Shown here one piece after another: positions 39,759-48,816 of a DNA stretch of 64,000 nucleotides (position 1 is the first letter of the stretch; each line of letters starts with the position of its first letter). Under the pieces are notes generated by a model. It ran no database searches, was not told where the DNA came from, and saw only the letters and a list, made by a program, of their open reading frames with translations. The translations under genes were made by a program, and so were the position numbers. The DNA is taken from the IMG/VR virus record IMGVR_UViG_3300029989_000005; one strand, given 5' to 3'. The stretch is from a virus.

Positions 39759-39801
39759 AACATAGATAAAGCCAAGGGTAACCCTTGGCTTTATCTATGT
39801 T
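39759..39801. terminator. 21-bp perfect inverted repeat with 1-nt spacer
   Basis: AACATAGATAAAGCCAAGGGT-a-ACCCTTGGCTTTATCTATGTT. Confidence 0.75.
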
Positions 39802-39829
39802 TGACAATAAAAACTCATAATAAATATAA
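39801..39829 (+). promoter_or_regulatory. sigma70-like promoter TTGACA-N17-ATATAA (MazG-like operon)
   Basis: recurring motif. Confidence 0.65.
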
Positions 39830-39845
39830 AAATTAAAAGTTATAC

Positions 39846-40460
39846 ATGAAATATACTATCAAAACCACAGCAGAATTACTTGATATCACAAACCAATATA
39901 GTAAAAATAAGAATTTAGCTGTTGAGATTAAAGGGAGCAATTTGGTTATATATAAAACTAAAGTCATAAGGTTGTTTGGTATAGAACTTATAATTACCAA
40001 GACTTCATTAGCATCTGTTGAAATATTACCATCTGTAAAAGATTATGATTATATAGAAACATATGTAAATTATGTTGGTCAGGAGATAATGAATAATAAA
40101 TCAGGTAATAAAATTATTCTTGATTTACTTAATATGTGTATGGGAAATTCCATTGAATCAAACGAGGTTTTAGGTCTTTTGCAGAAAAACGTATATTTCG
40201 GTGCACCATATGAGAAATGGAGAATGATTGATGAACTTTCAGATAATTTATTTTACTATGTTGGTATAATGAGATTAGTAGGTACTAATTTCGAAGAGGT
40301 TATGGAAGCCAATATGGTTAAACTGAAATCAAGATACCCTGACGGTAGGAAAAATTTGAATGTATTTGTGAATAAAAATAAGGAAAAAGAAAAAGAATTA
40401 ATAAAAGAATTAATACAAAAAAACGAAAAAAATGGAAAATCTGAAAACCCTGAAATTTAA
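39846..40460 (+). CDS. MazG-like nucleoside triphosphate pyrophosphohydrolase
   Basis: ESNEVLGLLQK...IDELSDNLFY...FEEVMEANMVKLKSRYP (ExxE...ExxD). Confidence 0.8.
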   Translation: MKYTIKTTAELLDITNQYSKNKNLAVEIKGSNLVIYKTKVIRLFGIELIITKTSLASVEILPSVKDYDYIETYVNYVGQEIMNNKSGNKIILDLLNMCMGNSIESNEVLGLLQKNVYFGAPYEKWRMIDELSDNLFYYVGIMRLVGTNFEEVMEANMVKLKSRYPDGRKNLNVFVNKNKEKEKELIKELIQKNEKNGKSENPEI

Positions 40461-41277
40461 TAAATTAAACGTTAAGAAATTTATTGAATATTTATCTAGT
40501 ACTAATATTAAGGAAAAAGAAATTATAGATTTTGAGAGTGACAGGTTGGTATGTAAATCACATGCAAAAATAAAAACCTATATTAAATTCGTTGAAATTG
40601 GTATTAATGATATATTCGAGGGGTTGGAGCAATACAAGCATATATATTTTCCAATAAACGACGTTAATAAATTAACAAAAGTATTTGAATTATACAACGC
40701 AAACGAATATAATTTTGTTGGTGGAGATATACAATACAGTGAGGATATAGATGGAAATTTCATAGCCCATATACTGAATATTAAATCTGGTAAATTAAAA
40801 AATAAATTGACCCTTGGTGAATTTAGTAATATTCAGTATATGAATACGAAGATATGGGACACAGTTATCTCAGAGGTATCAAATTCTTCTATGGTGTTTA
40901 ATTTGTCAAGCTTGGACATAACCAATATTTTAAAACTGTTGGCGATAGATAAGGACACAGATCTTCTAAATAAAACGGGTGATTTCAACAAATTTACATT
41001 AAAATGTGTTGATGGTAATTTCGTAATTGCATCATATGAAAATAAATGGGAATATGCTGTTGGTGAGGTAGATGTAATGAGAGAGGAAAAAGAAATTCAC
41101 TGCTTTGATATAATGATTAAACTATTGGATAAATCTAATTCTCATAAAATAAGTATTTATAAATCCTCAAGAGGCATTTATATGTCATACATAGAGGAAA
41201 TAAATTTGGAAAAAGAGGAAATTGAACGTGGAACAAAACCCAAAAAATACCTAGTAAGCTGTGATGTTGCAAAATAA
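40432..41277 (+). CDS. possible sliding clamp (gp45-like)
   Basis: size and repeating helix/beta pattern in a replication-type operon; weak. Confidence 0.35.
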   Translation: MENLKTLKFNKLNVKKFIEYLSSTNIKEKEIIDFESDRLVCKSHAKIKTYIKFVEIGINDIFEGLEQYKHIYFPINDVNKLTKVFELYNANEYNFVGGDIQYSEDIDGNFIAHILNIKSGKLKNKLTLGEFSNIQYMNTKIWDTVISEVSNSSMVFNLSSLDITNILKLLAIDKDTDLLNKTGDFNKFTLKCVDGNFVIASYENKWEYAVGEVDVMREEKEIHCFDIMIKLLDKSNSHKISIYKSSRGIYMSYIEEINLEKEEIERGTKPKKYLVSCDVAK

Positions 41278-41941
41278 CGATGAAATAGTTGAACAACCGA
41301 ACGATGAATTAGATTCAGAGTTTGATGAATTAGATTCAGAGTTTGATGAATCATTTTTAGATATTGACGAAAACGTAGAATTTTCTGAGCAAACATCTGA
41401 ATCTGATTATATTATTTCTACACAAGCACCTATGTCATTTGCCATAGATGCTTGCGTAGAGGTTAATGAAGAATTATCAGACCCTGAGAATTATTATGGT
41501 AGTAAGTTTATTTATGAAAGAGTTGTAGGGTATTTAAAAGATATATCTAGCAAACATGAAAAATATGCTTATATACGAGATTTGTCAATAGAATTCATAG
41601 AAAGCGGTTCTTCTGTGTTATATTTAAATGAATTATACGAGGTTCAATATGTTTTTAACGATAATACAGTATTGATTCACAACCATGGCAAGGATTCAAT
41701 AAAGCTTATCGATAGAAATGACTTGCTTCCAAACGATAATTCATGCAAAAATATTACAAACAAAGACGTTAAATTTTTGTTTGATGAATTGATATCAAGA
41801 TTTTCTGTTGACAAGGATACAATATATGATGTTTTTGTATCCTTTTCAAATTACATGAAAATAGATGTAAAGAAAATATTCAAGTCTTTGGATGATAAAA
41901 CTCAAAATAAAATAGTTTTAGCATTGAATAAGAGGACATAA
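41261..41941 (+). CDS. hypothetical protein, acidic N-terminus with 21-bp duplication (DELDSEF x2)
   Basis: ORF; repeat at about 41303-41351. Confidence 0.55.
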   Translation: MMLQNNDEIVEQPNDELDSEFDELDSEFDESFLDIDENVEFSEQTSESDYIISTQAPMSFAIDACVEVNEELSDPENYYGSKFIYERVVGYLKDISSKHEKYAYIRDLSIEFIESGSSVLYLNELYEVQYVFNDNTVLIHNHGKDSIKLIDRNDLLPNDNSCKNITNKDVKFLFDELISRFSVDKDTIYDVFVSFSNYMKIDVKKIFKSLDDKTQNKIVLALNKRT

Positions 41942-41963
41942 TTTTAGTAAAAGATTTTAAAAA

Positions 41964-42401
41964 ATGGGAAATCAAATCAAATTAATCGGTACAATAAAAT
42001 TAAAATGCATAATAAACACATGTGAGGTTTCTGAATTTGATTACAATCCTCCTTTTTCGGATGAATTAAAAACATTGGGTGGTGTATTTAAGCCCATAGA
42101 ATTTAAATTCGTTTTTAATAATTGCACACATGAAAAATTTGATAAGATTGAAGAGGTGTGTAATTATTATTATTCTCCACAAAAACATTATACATCGGGT
42201 CAAAGGAACTTGATTAAAAAAGTCGAGGTAGCTTTTGATGGCTGTGCAAATGATTTCATATTTAAAAAGGATGACGATGGTATGTCGTTTATAGATTTGA
42301 ATGAGGTATGTGGTACACCAAATTATATTTCTACTGTTCTTAAGAAGAATAAAATAAAAGTGATTAAAACGACATCAAGAAGGATTTATATTAGTAATTA
42401 A
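41964..42401 (+). CDS. hypothetical protein
   Basis: ORF. Confidence 0.55.
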   Translation: MGNQIKLIGTIKLKCIINTCEVSEFDYNPPFSDELKTLGGVFKPIEFKFVFNNCTHEKFDKIEEVCNYYYSPQKHYTSGQRNLIKKVEVAFDGCANDFIFKKDDDGMSFIDLNEVCGTPNYISTVLKKNKIKVIKTTSRRIYISN

Positions 42402-43924
42402 TCCAAAGTAAAGGACATTTTACTAAATATTGACTCATTGTTTCCGTTAGTTGACTTTCCAATTACATAACATAAATTACCACTACCAATAGCATAAATT
42501 TGACTTGATGTGGATTCTTCTATTACAAACAGCAATTGACCTTTTGACTTGTTGACTGATGAATTAACAGTTTCTTTAATTTCTATTCTACTTGCCGACT
42601 TGTTTGGGAATACAAGATAATACACAAGGCTGTTTGAAATTTCAATCAGTGCGTTTGATTCATCAATAAACGATAAAAGCAAGTTATTTTTAAGTGGTGC
42701 TATCTCTAATATTCCACCGTTAGTTTTCAATGACAATCTTTCAACATATTGATTAACTACAACTGTTTTTATTACCTCGTCAATTTGCTGTTGTATATTC
42801 CTCTGTGATTTTGAGATGTGATTGTAAACATCAAATTTAGTTAATGGTATATCAAGTTTTACAAGCCTATTGCTAAATCTGAATATTTCCTGAGTTGAAA
42901 CAGATGATTCTATTGTAACACCCATACCATCAACATTATTAATTAGCTGTACTGAATAATCTATTGATATTGATGATAGACTTGAATTTTGTATAACAGG
43001 CTTGAACTTATACAATCTTTGATAATTTGAATTTTGTATTGTAGTATATTCATCAGTGATTATATATTCATCACCTATCTGCTCAATTACTTTAATAGTA
43101 TGAATTAAATAAAAATTATTTCCTGGAATGGAATTTAGCTTAAAAATGAAATCCTCAATTTGATCATTATTATATTGTAACTGAAATTCGAAATAATCAC
43201 CATCGATAGCTAATTGTACAAATCCTGCCAAAGATGTATACTTGTTTTGAGTTATAAATTGGTTTGTGATTGTGTCAACCAACAAAAACTGATAAAAACC
43301 GTTGTTATAAACACCATTCTGAATGAGTGAATATTCAAAATATAAAGAATTTTCGACTATTAATTTATCGTTGAAAATTGATAATATATCCTCGTTTTCA
43401 ACATTCTGTAATTCTAACCAATATTCAAGCGAAGGAATTTGTAGCTCTATATATTTATCAAATACAGCCTCTGATAATTTTATAGGCTTTGAATTATATT
43501 GTATTAGCTCAGCAAACTTTCTTAAATACACAAAATTGGCAAAGTACACCTTTTGACCCGATTTTGTATAAGTGAATACTTTCAGATTAAATCCATCATG
43601 ACCAATAAAATTGAATCCTGATGCTATATTTATCCTTACAGTATTGTACTTCATAACAAAGGTATCAGATATACTAGGAATTATTTTGTGTATATCTGAA
43701 TCAACTGTTAATAAATCATATACACCATCCTCGTTGAGTAAGGTTAGATTGTTAGAATTTTCTTCTGCAGTATACCTATCTTGATTTGGCTTTAATACTG
43801 TCTTTGAATTATCATGTAAATTTTCAACAACGAATAAGCCATTATTTACAGCATTTTCATTTGTTTCTGCATAATTGTATTCTAACAATACCTCGTCTTG
43901 TAATCTTATAACAGCTTTTGACAT
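42398..43924 (-). CDS. putative virion structural protein
   Basis: beta-rich; TAAATAA on minus strand at 43941-43947. Confidence 0.5.
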   Translation of the reverse strand: MSKAVIRLQDEVLLEYNYAETNENAVNNGLFVVENLHDNSKTVLKPNQDRYTAEENSNNLTLLNEDGVYDLLTVDSDIHKIIPSISDTFVMKYNTVRINIASGFNFIGHDGFNLKVFTYTKSGQKVYFANFVYLRKFAELIQYNSKPIKLSEAVFDKYIELQIPSLEYWLELQNVENEDILSIFNDKLIVENSLYFEYSLIQNGVYNNGFYQFLLVDTITNQFITQNKYTSLAGFVQLAIDGDYFEFQLQYNNDQIEDFIFKLNSIPGNNFYLIHTIKVIEQIGDEYIITDEYTTIQNSNYQRLYKFKPVIQNSSLSSISIDYSVQLINNVDGMGVTIESSVSTQEIFRFSNRLVKLDIPLTKFDVYNHISKSQRNIQQQIDEVIKTVVVNQYVERLSLKTNGGILEIAPLKNNLLLSFIDESNALIEISNSLVYYLVFPNKSASRIEIKETVNSSVNKSKGQLLFVIEESTSSQIYAIGSGNLCYVIGKSTNGNNESIFSKMSFTLD

Positions 43925-43971
43925 ATAGAATTTATTTTGTTTATTTAAATAACTTAAAATATAATATATAG

Positions 43972-44000
43972 TTGATTAATTAAAGGCAAATATATTATAA
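43972..44000 (+). promoter_or_regulatory. sigma70-like promoter TTGATT-N17-TTATAA upstream of TerL nuclease fragment
   Basis: variant of the recurring motif. Confidence 0.45.
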
Positions 44001-44017
44001 AAAACAAAAATTACTCT

Positions 44018-44854
44018 ATGTATTCTGAAACACTGCTTGATCTTGATATGTATTTCTTAGTTCATTCATCTATTGACATATCAAGATTTAAAGATGAACG
44101 TAGGAGATTTGTACACTCAATAGATTTGGCTGAGGGAACGGGTGGTGATTATTCAGTCATAAACATCTTTGAGGTTCTACCTATGACCATTGATGAAATA
44201 GGAAAAGTATCAATTATAGAAGATGAATATTCTTTTTTTAAAATGGTTCAGGTTGCTATGTTCAGGTCAAATCAAGTAATAGTACCCGAATTAGCTAAAT
44301 GGTATTATCATTGCTTAGTTGAGCTTTTTATACCCGATAACGTAAGGACATGTCTTGAAAATAATTATGATGGAAACTATTTTAGGGAAATTGTTATTAA
44401 ATTATATGGTGAGGAGAATGAAATAGATGGCGATTTACTTTTCTTACAATTTGCATACAATATGAAAGATGATCAATCTTATGCTGTGCGTGTTGGAATC
44501 AAGCAAAATGACCATACTAAAAACTTGGGTACTACAATGATGAAAACCCAAATGAGGCAGACACAATTGGTATTAACAGAATTTATAACAATAGAGGAGG
44601 CATTATCATTTGCACGAAAAAAATTAAAGAATGGTAATTTTGGTGGATATTGTGCAATGATTGGTAATGATGATTGTATAATGACCTCTGTAAATATCAC
44701 ACACGTAAGAAAATTACCTGAATTTCAAGAGCTTGTGGATGATATTTCGCAATATTGCCCACAAGAATTTTGGAATGCTATATCTGATATAATGGGTAAA
44801 GTGCCTTTACAATCCGATGATTCAGGTGATCTAACATCAGTATTCAATAGATAG
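44018..44854 (+). CDS. terminase large subunit C-terminal RNase H-like nuclease domain (stand-alone gene)
   Basis: SIDLAEGTGGDYSVINIF, QVAMFRSN, LENNYDG, GNDDCIMT match the T4 gp17 nuclease domain. Confidence 0.88.
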   Translation: MYSETLLDLDMYFLVHSSIDISRFKDERRRFVHSIDLAEGTGGDYSVINIFEVLPMTIDEIGKVSIIEDEYSFFKMVQVAMFRSNQVIVPELAKWYYHCLVELFIPDNVRTCLENNYDGNYFREIVIKLYGEENEIDGDLLFLQFAYNMKDDQSYAVRVGIKQNDHTKNLGTTMMKTQMRQTQLVLTEFITIEEALSFARKKLKNGNFGGYCAMIGNDDCIMTSVNITHVRKLPEFQELVDDISQYCPQEFWNAISDIMGKVPLQSDDSGDLTSVFNR

Positions 44855-44891
44855 TTTTAATAAATAAATAAAATTATTAAAACTAACGCAT

Positions 44892-46361
44892 ATGTCTGAA
44901 CATAAAAGTCCTTATACAGGTGGACAAGTAGATGAAATGTTGAACATGATCAATTTTTCATTATATCCTGCATTATCAAATATTGGACCGAATTTGGACA
45001 AGGATGGTAATGTAAACCTATCAAATCCAACAAATAGTATACCATCACAATTCAACGGAACTTTTACTGAATTCAAAAATGAATTCATGAAACTTATAAA
45101 TAGAAGTTACCTTAAGGATTATTTCATCATAAATGAAGACAATACTGTAACCATCGACACATCAAAACTGTTTAGACAGAAAACTGATGAAGATTTGATG
45201 TTTCTTGATTATAGAGGTGACAGAATTTTCGGAATATCAAATGGGTATTTTATAATTTTTAATCAAGATGAACCTTTGCTTACAACGGGTTCAGAAGGTT
45301 TATTCATCAATAAATTAGAGGGTGTTATTCAATCAGCCGCAACACATATAGCCGTATTTGATACTAATAAATTGCTTGGTAAAATACCTGTAACATGGTT
45401 TGCTAAAGCAACAGATTTGGCACTTACAAAGGAAATAGCTCAAGGTGCAACAGTGTCATATGCCTTTCATACTGTTGCTGAACTAGATAGTTGGATAGCG
45501 GGTACAGGTGGCGTACCGATAAACGATTCAGATGCGTTACCTATTAACATGAAAGTTGGTACAAATTTGTTTATTATAAATGATTATGAAAGTGATTATT
45601 GGTGGGATGGTACAGGAAAGCAAGTATTATCGGGTGATAGTAGTGCATATCAAAGAGCAAATATAATGAGTATTTATGGAGGTGCGGCAAGAGATTACTC
45701 AGTAGTATTTGTACGACCCTTACCATCTGCTAATTATATCATACAATTTTCAGCAGATGGCATGGATGCAAAGTTTAGAACTATATCCAAAACAACACTT
45801 GGGTTTACAGTTGAAATAACACCAAATGCTGCTTATAGTTATGACATTCCATCTGTATTTGAAAACTTGACAATATCAAGAAATGATTTTTATTCAGGCA
45901 ACCCATATATTGAATTACCATTACCTATTGGCAGCGATGCTAATTTTATGCATTTATTTACTATTAATCCTGATGGAACATTAACCGCCAAAAGAGATAT
46001 AGTTGGAACGCTTAGCATATCATTAAGTACTATAGAAAGTATTGCGGATGATACTTACCAATACGAACAAGATTTAAATTCAGCTGTTTTTTATGTTTTG
46101 GGTAAAACTTTGGTTTCAGGTACGATAGTTAATGATCACAATACTTGGACATTAACTATACCCGCTCAAAGTTTTAGTATTAACATACCCGCTAATACTG
46201 TTGTGCCAATGAACCGATTTTTTATACAGACTACTAGGCGTTTTGGTGGTCAAACAAATGAAGTAAATTGGGGTGTAAGCGGACTTGTTAATGCTGTTTT
46301 GTCTGATACTACACCTATTGAGTATATAGCCAATTATTCTACTTGTAAGATTTCAATATAA
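44892..46361 (+). CDS. putative structural/tail fibre protein
   Basis: TAAATAA at 44861; YTGGQVDE start; beta-rich. Confidence 0.45.
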   Translation: MSEHKSPYTGGQVDEMLNMINFSLYPALSNIGPNLDKDGNVNLSNPTNSIPSQFNGTFTEFKNEFMKLINRSYLKDYFIINEDNTVTIDTSKLFRQKTDEDLMFLDYRGDRIFGISNGYFIIFNQDEPLLTTGSEGLFINKLEGVIQSAATHIAVFDTNKLLGKIPVTWFAKATDLALTKEIAQGATVSYAFHTVAELDSWIAGTGGVPINDSDALPINMKVGTNLFIINDYESDYWWDGTGKQVLSGDSSAYQRANIMSIYGGAARDYSVVFVRPLPSANYIIQFSADGMDAKFRTISKTTLGFTVEITPNAAYSYDIPSVFENLTISRNDFYSGNPYIELPLPIGSDANFMHLFTINPDGTLTAKRDIVGTLSISLSTIESIADDTYQYEQDLNSAVFYVLGKTLVSGTIVNDHNTWTLTIPAQSFSINIPANTVVPMNRFFIQTTRRFGGQTNEVNWGVSGLVNAVLSDTTPIEYIANYSTCKISI

Positions 46362-46366
46362 TATAT

Positions 46367-47722
46367 TTATTCAGCAAAATCTCTCTTATTGCAATCTATA
46401 TCCATCGTAATTATGTTCATACCTGTAAATATATATCTTATTTTTGTTGATATATAAAAACCACTAACAAACTTATCAACAACTATTTCTTTTTTTAATT
46501 TTTCATTATATTGTAGATCATTATTTTCGTCATTTGGGTCGTTATGTAAAAATTGATCTACATCTCTGTTTTGTATGATTATTGGAATTTGCATGAAGCA
46601 TCTAATGGCGGGGTTTATTGTAGTTAAACTTACTGATAGCTTATAATTAAGTAGAGAGGTTATATTTATCTCATTAAGCCCTTTAGCGGCAAAATAATTT
46701 TTATGAACGTTTATGTTGTTTTGCTCACCAAAATGCACAGTCTTTATTATTTCATTTATTATTTCATTTGTTTTATATTTTTCTTTACTTCCCTCAGTTA
46801 ATAGAGGTTTTATATAAAATTCCTTGAATTCTTCATCGGTTTTTTCATACATTTGTAAATACAATTTACTACCTATGCTATTTATAGCACTACCTAAGCT
46901 ATTTTTATTGTTGTAATCGGCTATAAAATTGGTTCTACCGAAATCATCTATATTATGTAAGAAAAATTCCTCTAAAGTTCCATCATCCTCTTCACCATTC
47001 ATAACATCACCAAGGGCTATTTCCTTTATTGACGTTATTTTTTGTAATTCTCCATCTGTAACTACCATTTTATTGATTTCTATTATATTAAGATAGTAAA
47101 ACTGATCTATGAATACTTTAAAGAAAGAACTATCATCTTTATAAATTGATGGTATTATGTCATTTTGTATAAAATCTGATAATGATAATGACGGACAAAC
47201 ATGACACATTGAATCGTTGGTTGACGTTTCATTTGATGCAAATCCTAATTTTAAATCTTTGGCTATTTTCTTTAATGTATCAAAGCTTGATAATTTACCA
47301 TAACTTATTATCTTTTCATTGAATAGATCAGGTAAATTTAAAACAGCCGTTATATAAACTATTGAATCAAACTTTGAAAAAGATGTAATCTTGTAATCTT
47401 GCCTTATTGGCTTGAAATCCTTATTTTTACTTCTAACAAACAGTTTAACTATGGAATCAGTTACAGCCGCTTGATTTGATAATATTCTTTCATCATCTTT
47501 AATAGATATAGTTAACTTTGGCAAAAAATCTCCTACCTCTATTACAGAACTTGTTATTGAATAATGGTCGAAATATTTATCATTTATTTGTATTATAGGT
47601 GAGTACAAACCCAAAGCCATATTTGGGTTTGTACTGTTATATTCTTTCTTTTCCTCAGAATTTGGTACGGATAATTCAGAAAGCTCTATTTCAGGATTAA
47701 AAATTACTACAGCATCTATCAT
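46367..47722 (-). CDS. putative baseplate hub / tail protein (gp27-like)
   Basis: FLPKLTISIKD...SSFDTLKKIAKDLKLGFASN...FIDQFYYLN...SGFYISTKIRY. Confidence 0.5.
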   Translation of the reverse strand: MIDAVVIFNPEIELSELSVPNSEEKKEYNSTNPNMALGLYSPIIQINDKYFDHYSITSSVIEVGDFLPKLTISIKDDERILSNQAAVTDSIVKLFVRSKNKDFKPIRQDYKITSFSKFDSIVYITAVLNLPDLFNEKIISYGKLSSFDTLKKIAKDLKLGFASNETSTNDSMCHVCPSLSLSDFIQNDIIPSIYKDDSSFFKVFIDQFYYLNIIEINKMVVTDGELQKITSIKEIALGDVMNGEEDDGTLEEFFLHNIDDFGRTNFIADYNNKNSLGSAINSIGSKLYLQMYEKTDEEFKEFYIKPLLTEGSKEKYKTNEIINEIIKTVHFGEQNNINVHKNYFAAKGLNEINITSLLNYKLSVSLTTINPAIRCFMQIPIIIQNRDVDQFLHNDPNDENNDLQYNEKLKKEIVVDKFVSGFYISTKIRYIFTGMNIITMDIDCNKRDFAE

Positions 47723-47795
47723 ATTTGTAAAATTATTTTATTATTTACATATATGAAATTTGCTTGGGTTTAAATAAATAAAATAAAATAAAATT

Positions 47796-48794
47796 ATGGA
47801 AATAATTGACCTTATACAAGACAAAATCAGAGAATCACAAACCTTTGATTTATTAAATCAAATTGACTCTGCAATAAATGATGTAAACATTCCTGATTCC
47901 GATATGATATTACTTAATATCATAAGAGAATTTATAGATGGGAAAGATACTGATTCGCTTATTAAAAAATTACCCAATCTTTCAGAGCCACAGTTGAGTC
48001 TTATATATAGTTCTATTTTAGATTGTTGTAGAAGTTATTTTAAATCAAAAATAGATTTAACGGTCTTTCTTTCAAATTTCTTTACTTATCAAGAACTCAT
48101 GTATTTTGATATTGATAATCTTACTGCTATTGACTTATCAAGCATAAACCAAATTTTGTTGAATATAGAATCATCTATCAATTTCAATAATGTCTATGAT
48201 ATTGAGCTTAGCTGTGAACTCAAAGAAAGCGTAAGAGAATCTATAATTGAATACTTCGATTCAAAAAATATGTTTGATAAGGGATTTATTGAGAATGTTG
48301 AATCGGCAAGTATAACAAGAGATATTTTAGGAAATGATGCTATTTTGGAAAGTGATAATGTATCTGATAAAATAAGGAAATTGGAAGAAATGGATGATCA
48401 ATCCATTACGTTCCTTTATTCTATATTTACGGGTGATTATACAGCTAGCTTTAGATTTTCCATGCGGTCTGAACTTTCAGAAGAGGTGGTAAGACACCCT
48501 GCGGGTCAGATTTCACGATATTTATCACCTATTTCACCCGAACAACAAGATTCATTACTAGTAAGTAATAATTCAACTCAATCAGATGTTGACCAATTTT
48601 GGCAATCAATACAAAGCCAATATGGCACAAGAATAAACGAAAATCTTTTGATATTATATACAAAACTGTTTCCTATAAATGAATGTAGGAGATTACTAAC
48701 ATCATTATCCAATATAAATATAATAAAAGGAATAAACGAAAACTATTATATGGTTTCGGGGAAAAACCTTAATAACATCAAACTCTTAAAATAA
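47796..48794 (+). CDS. hypothetical late protein
   Basis: TAAATAA at 47771; three INE motifs near the C-terminus. Confidence 0.55.
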   Translation: MEIIDLIQDKIRESQTFDLLNQIDSAINDVNIPDSDMILLNIIREFIDGKDTDSLIKKLPNLSEPQLSLIYSSILDCCRSYFKSKIDLTVFLSNFFTYQELMYFDIDNLTAIDLSSINQILLNIESSINFNNVYDIELSCELKESVRESIIEYFDSKNMFDKGFIENVESASITRDILGNDAILESDNVSDKIRKLEEMDDQSITFLYSIFTGDYTASFRFSMRSELSEEVVRHPAGQISRYLSPISPEQQDSLLVSNNSTQSDVDQFWQSIQSQYGTRINENLLILYTKLFPINECRRLLTSLSNINIIKGINENYYMVSGKNLNNIKLLK

Positions 48795-48816
48795 TAATTA
48801 ACTAAAATATACAACA

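Noticed and set aside
23351-44018. Group I/II intron or RNA trans-splicing joining the TerL fragments
   Set aside because: No intron-like structure at either boundary; the flanks are ordinary promoters and genes.
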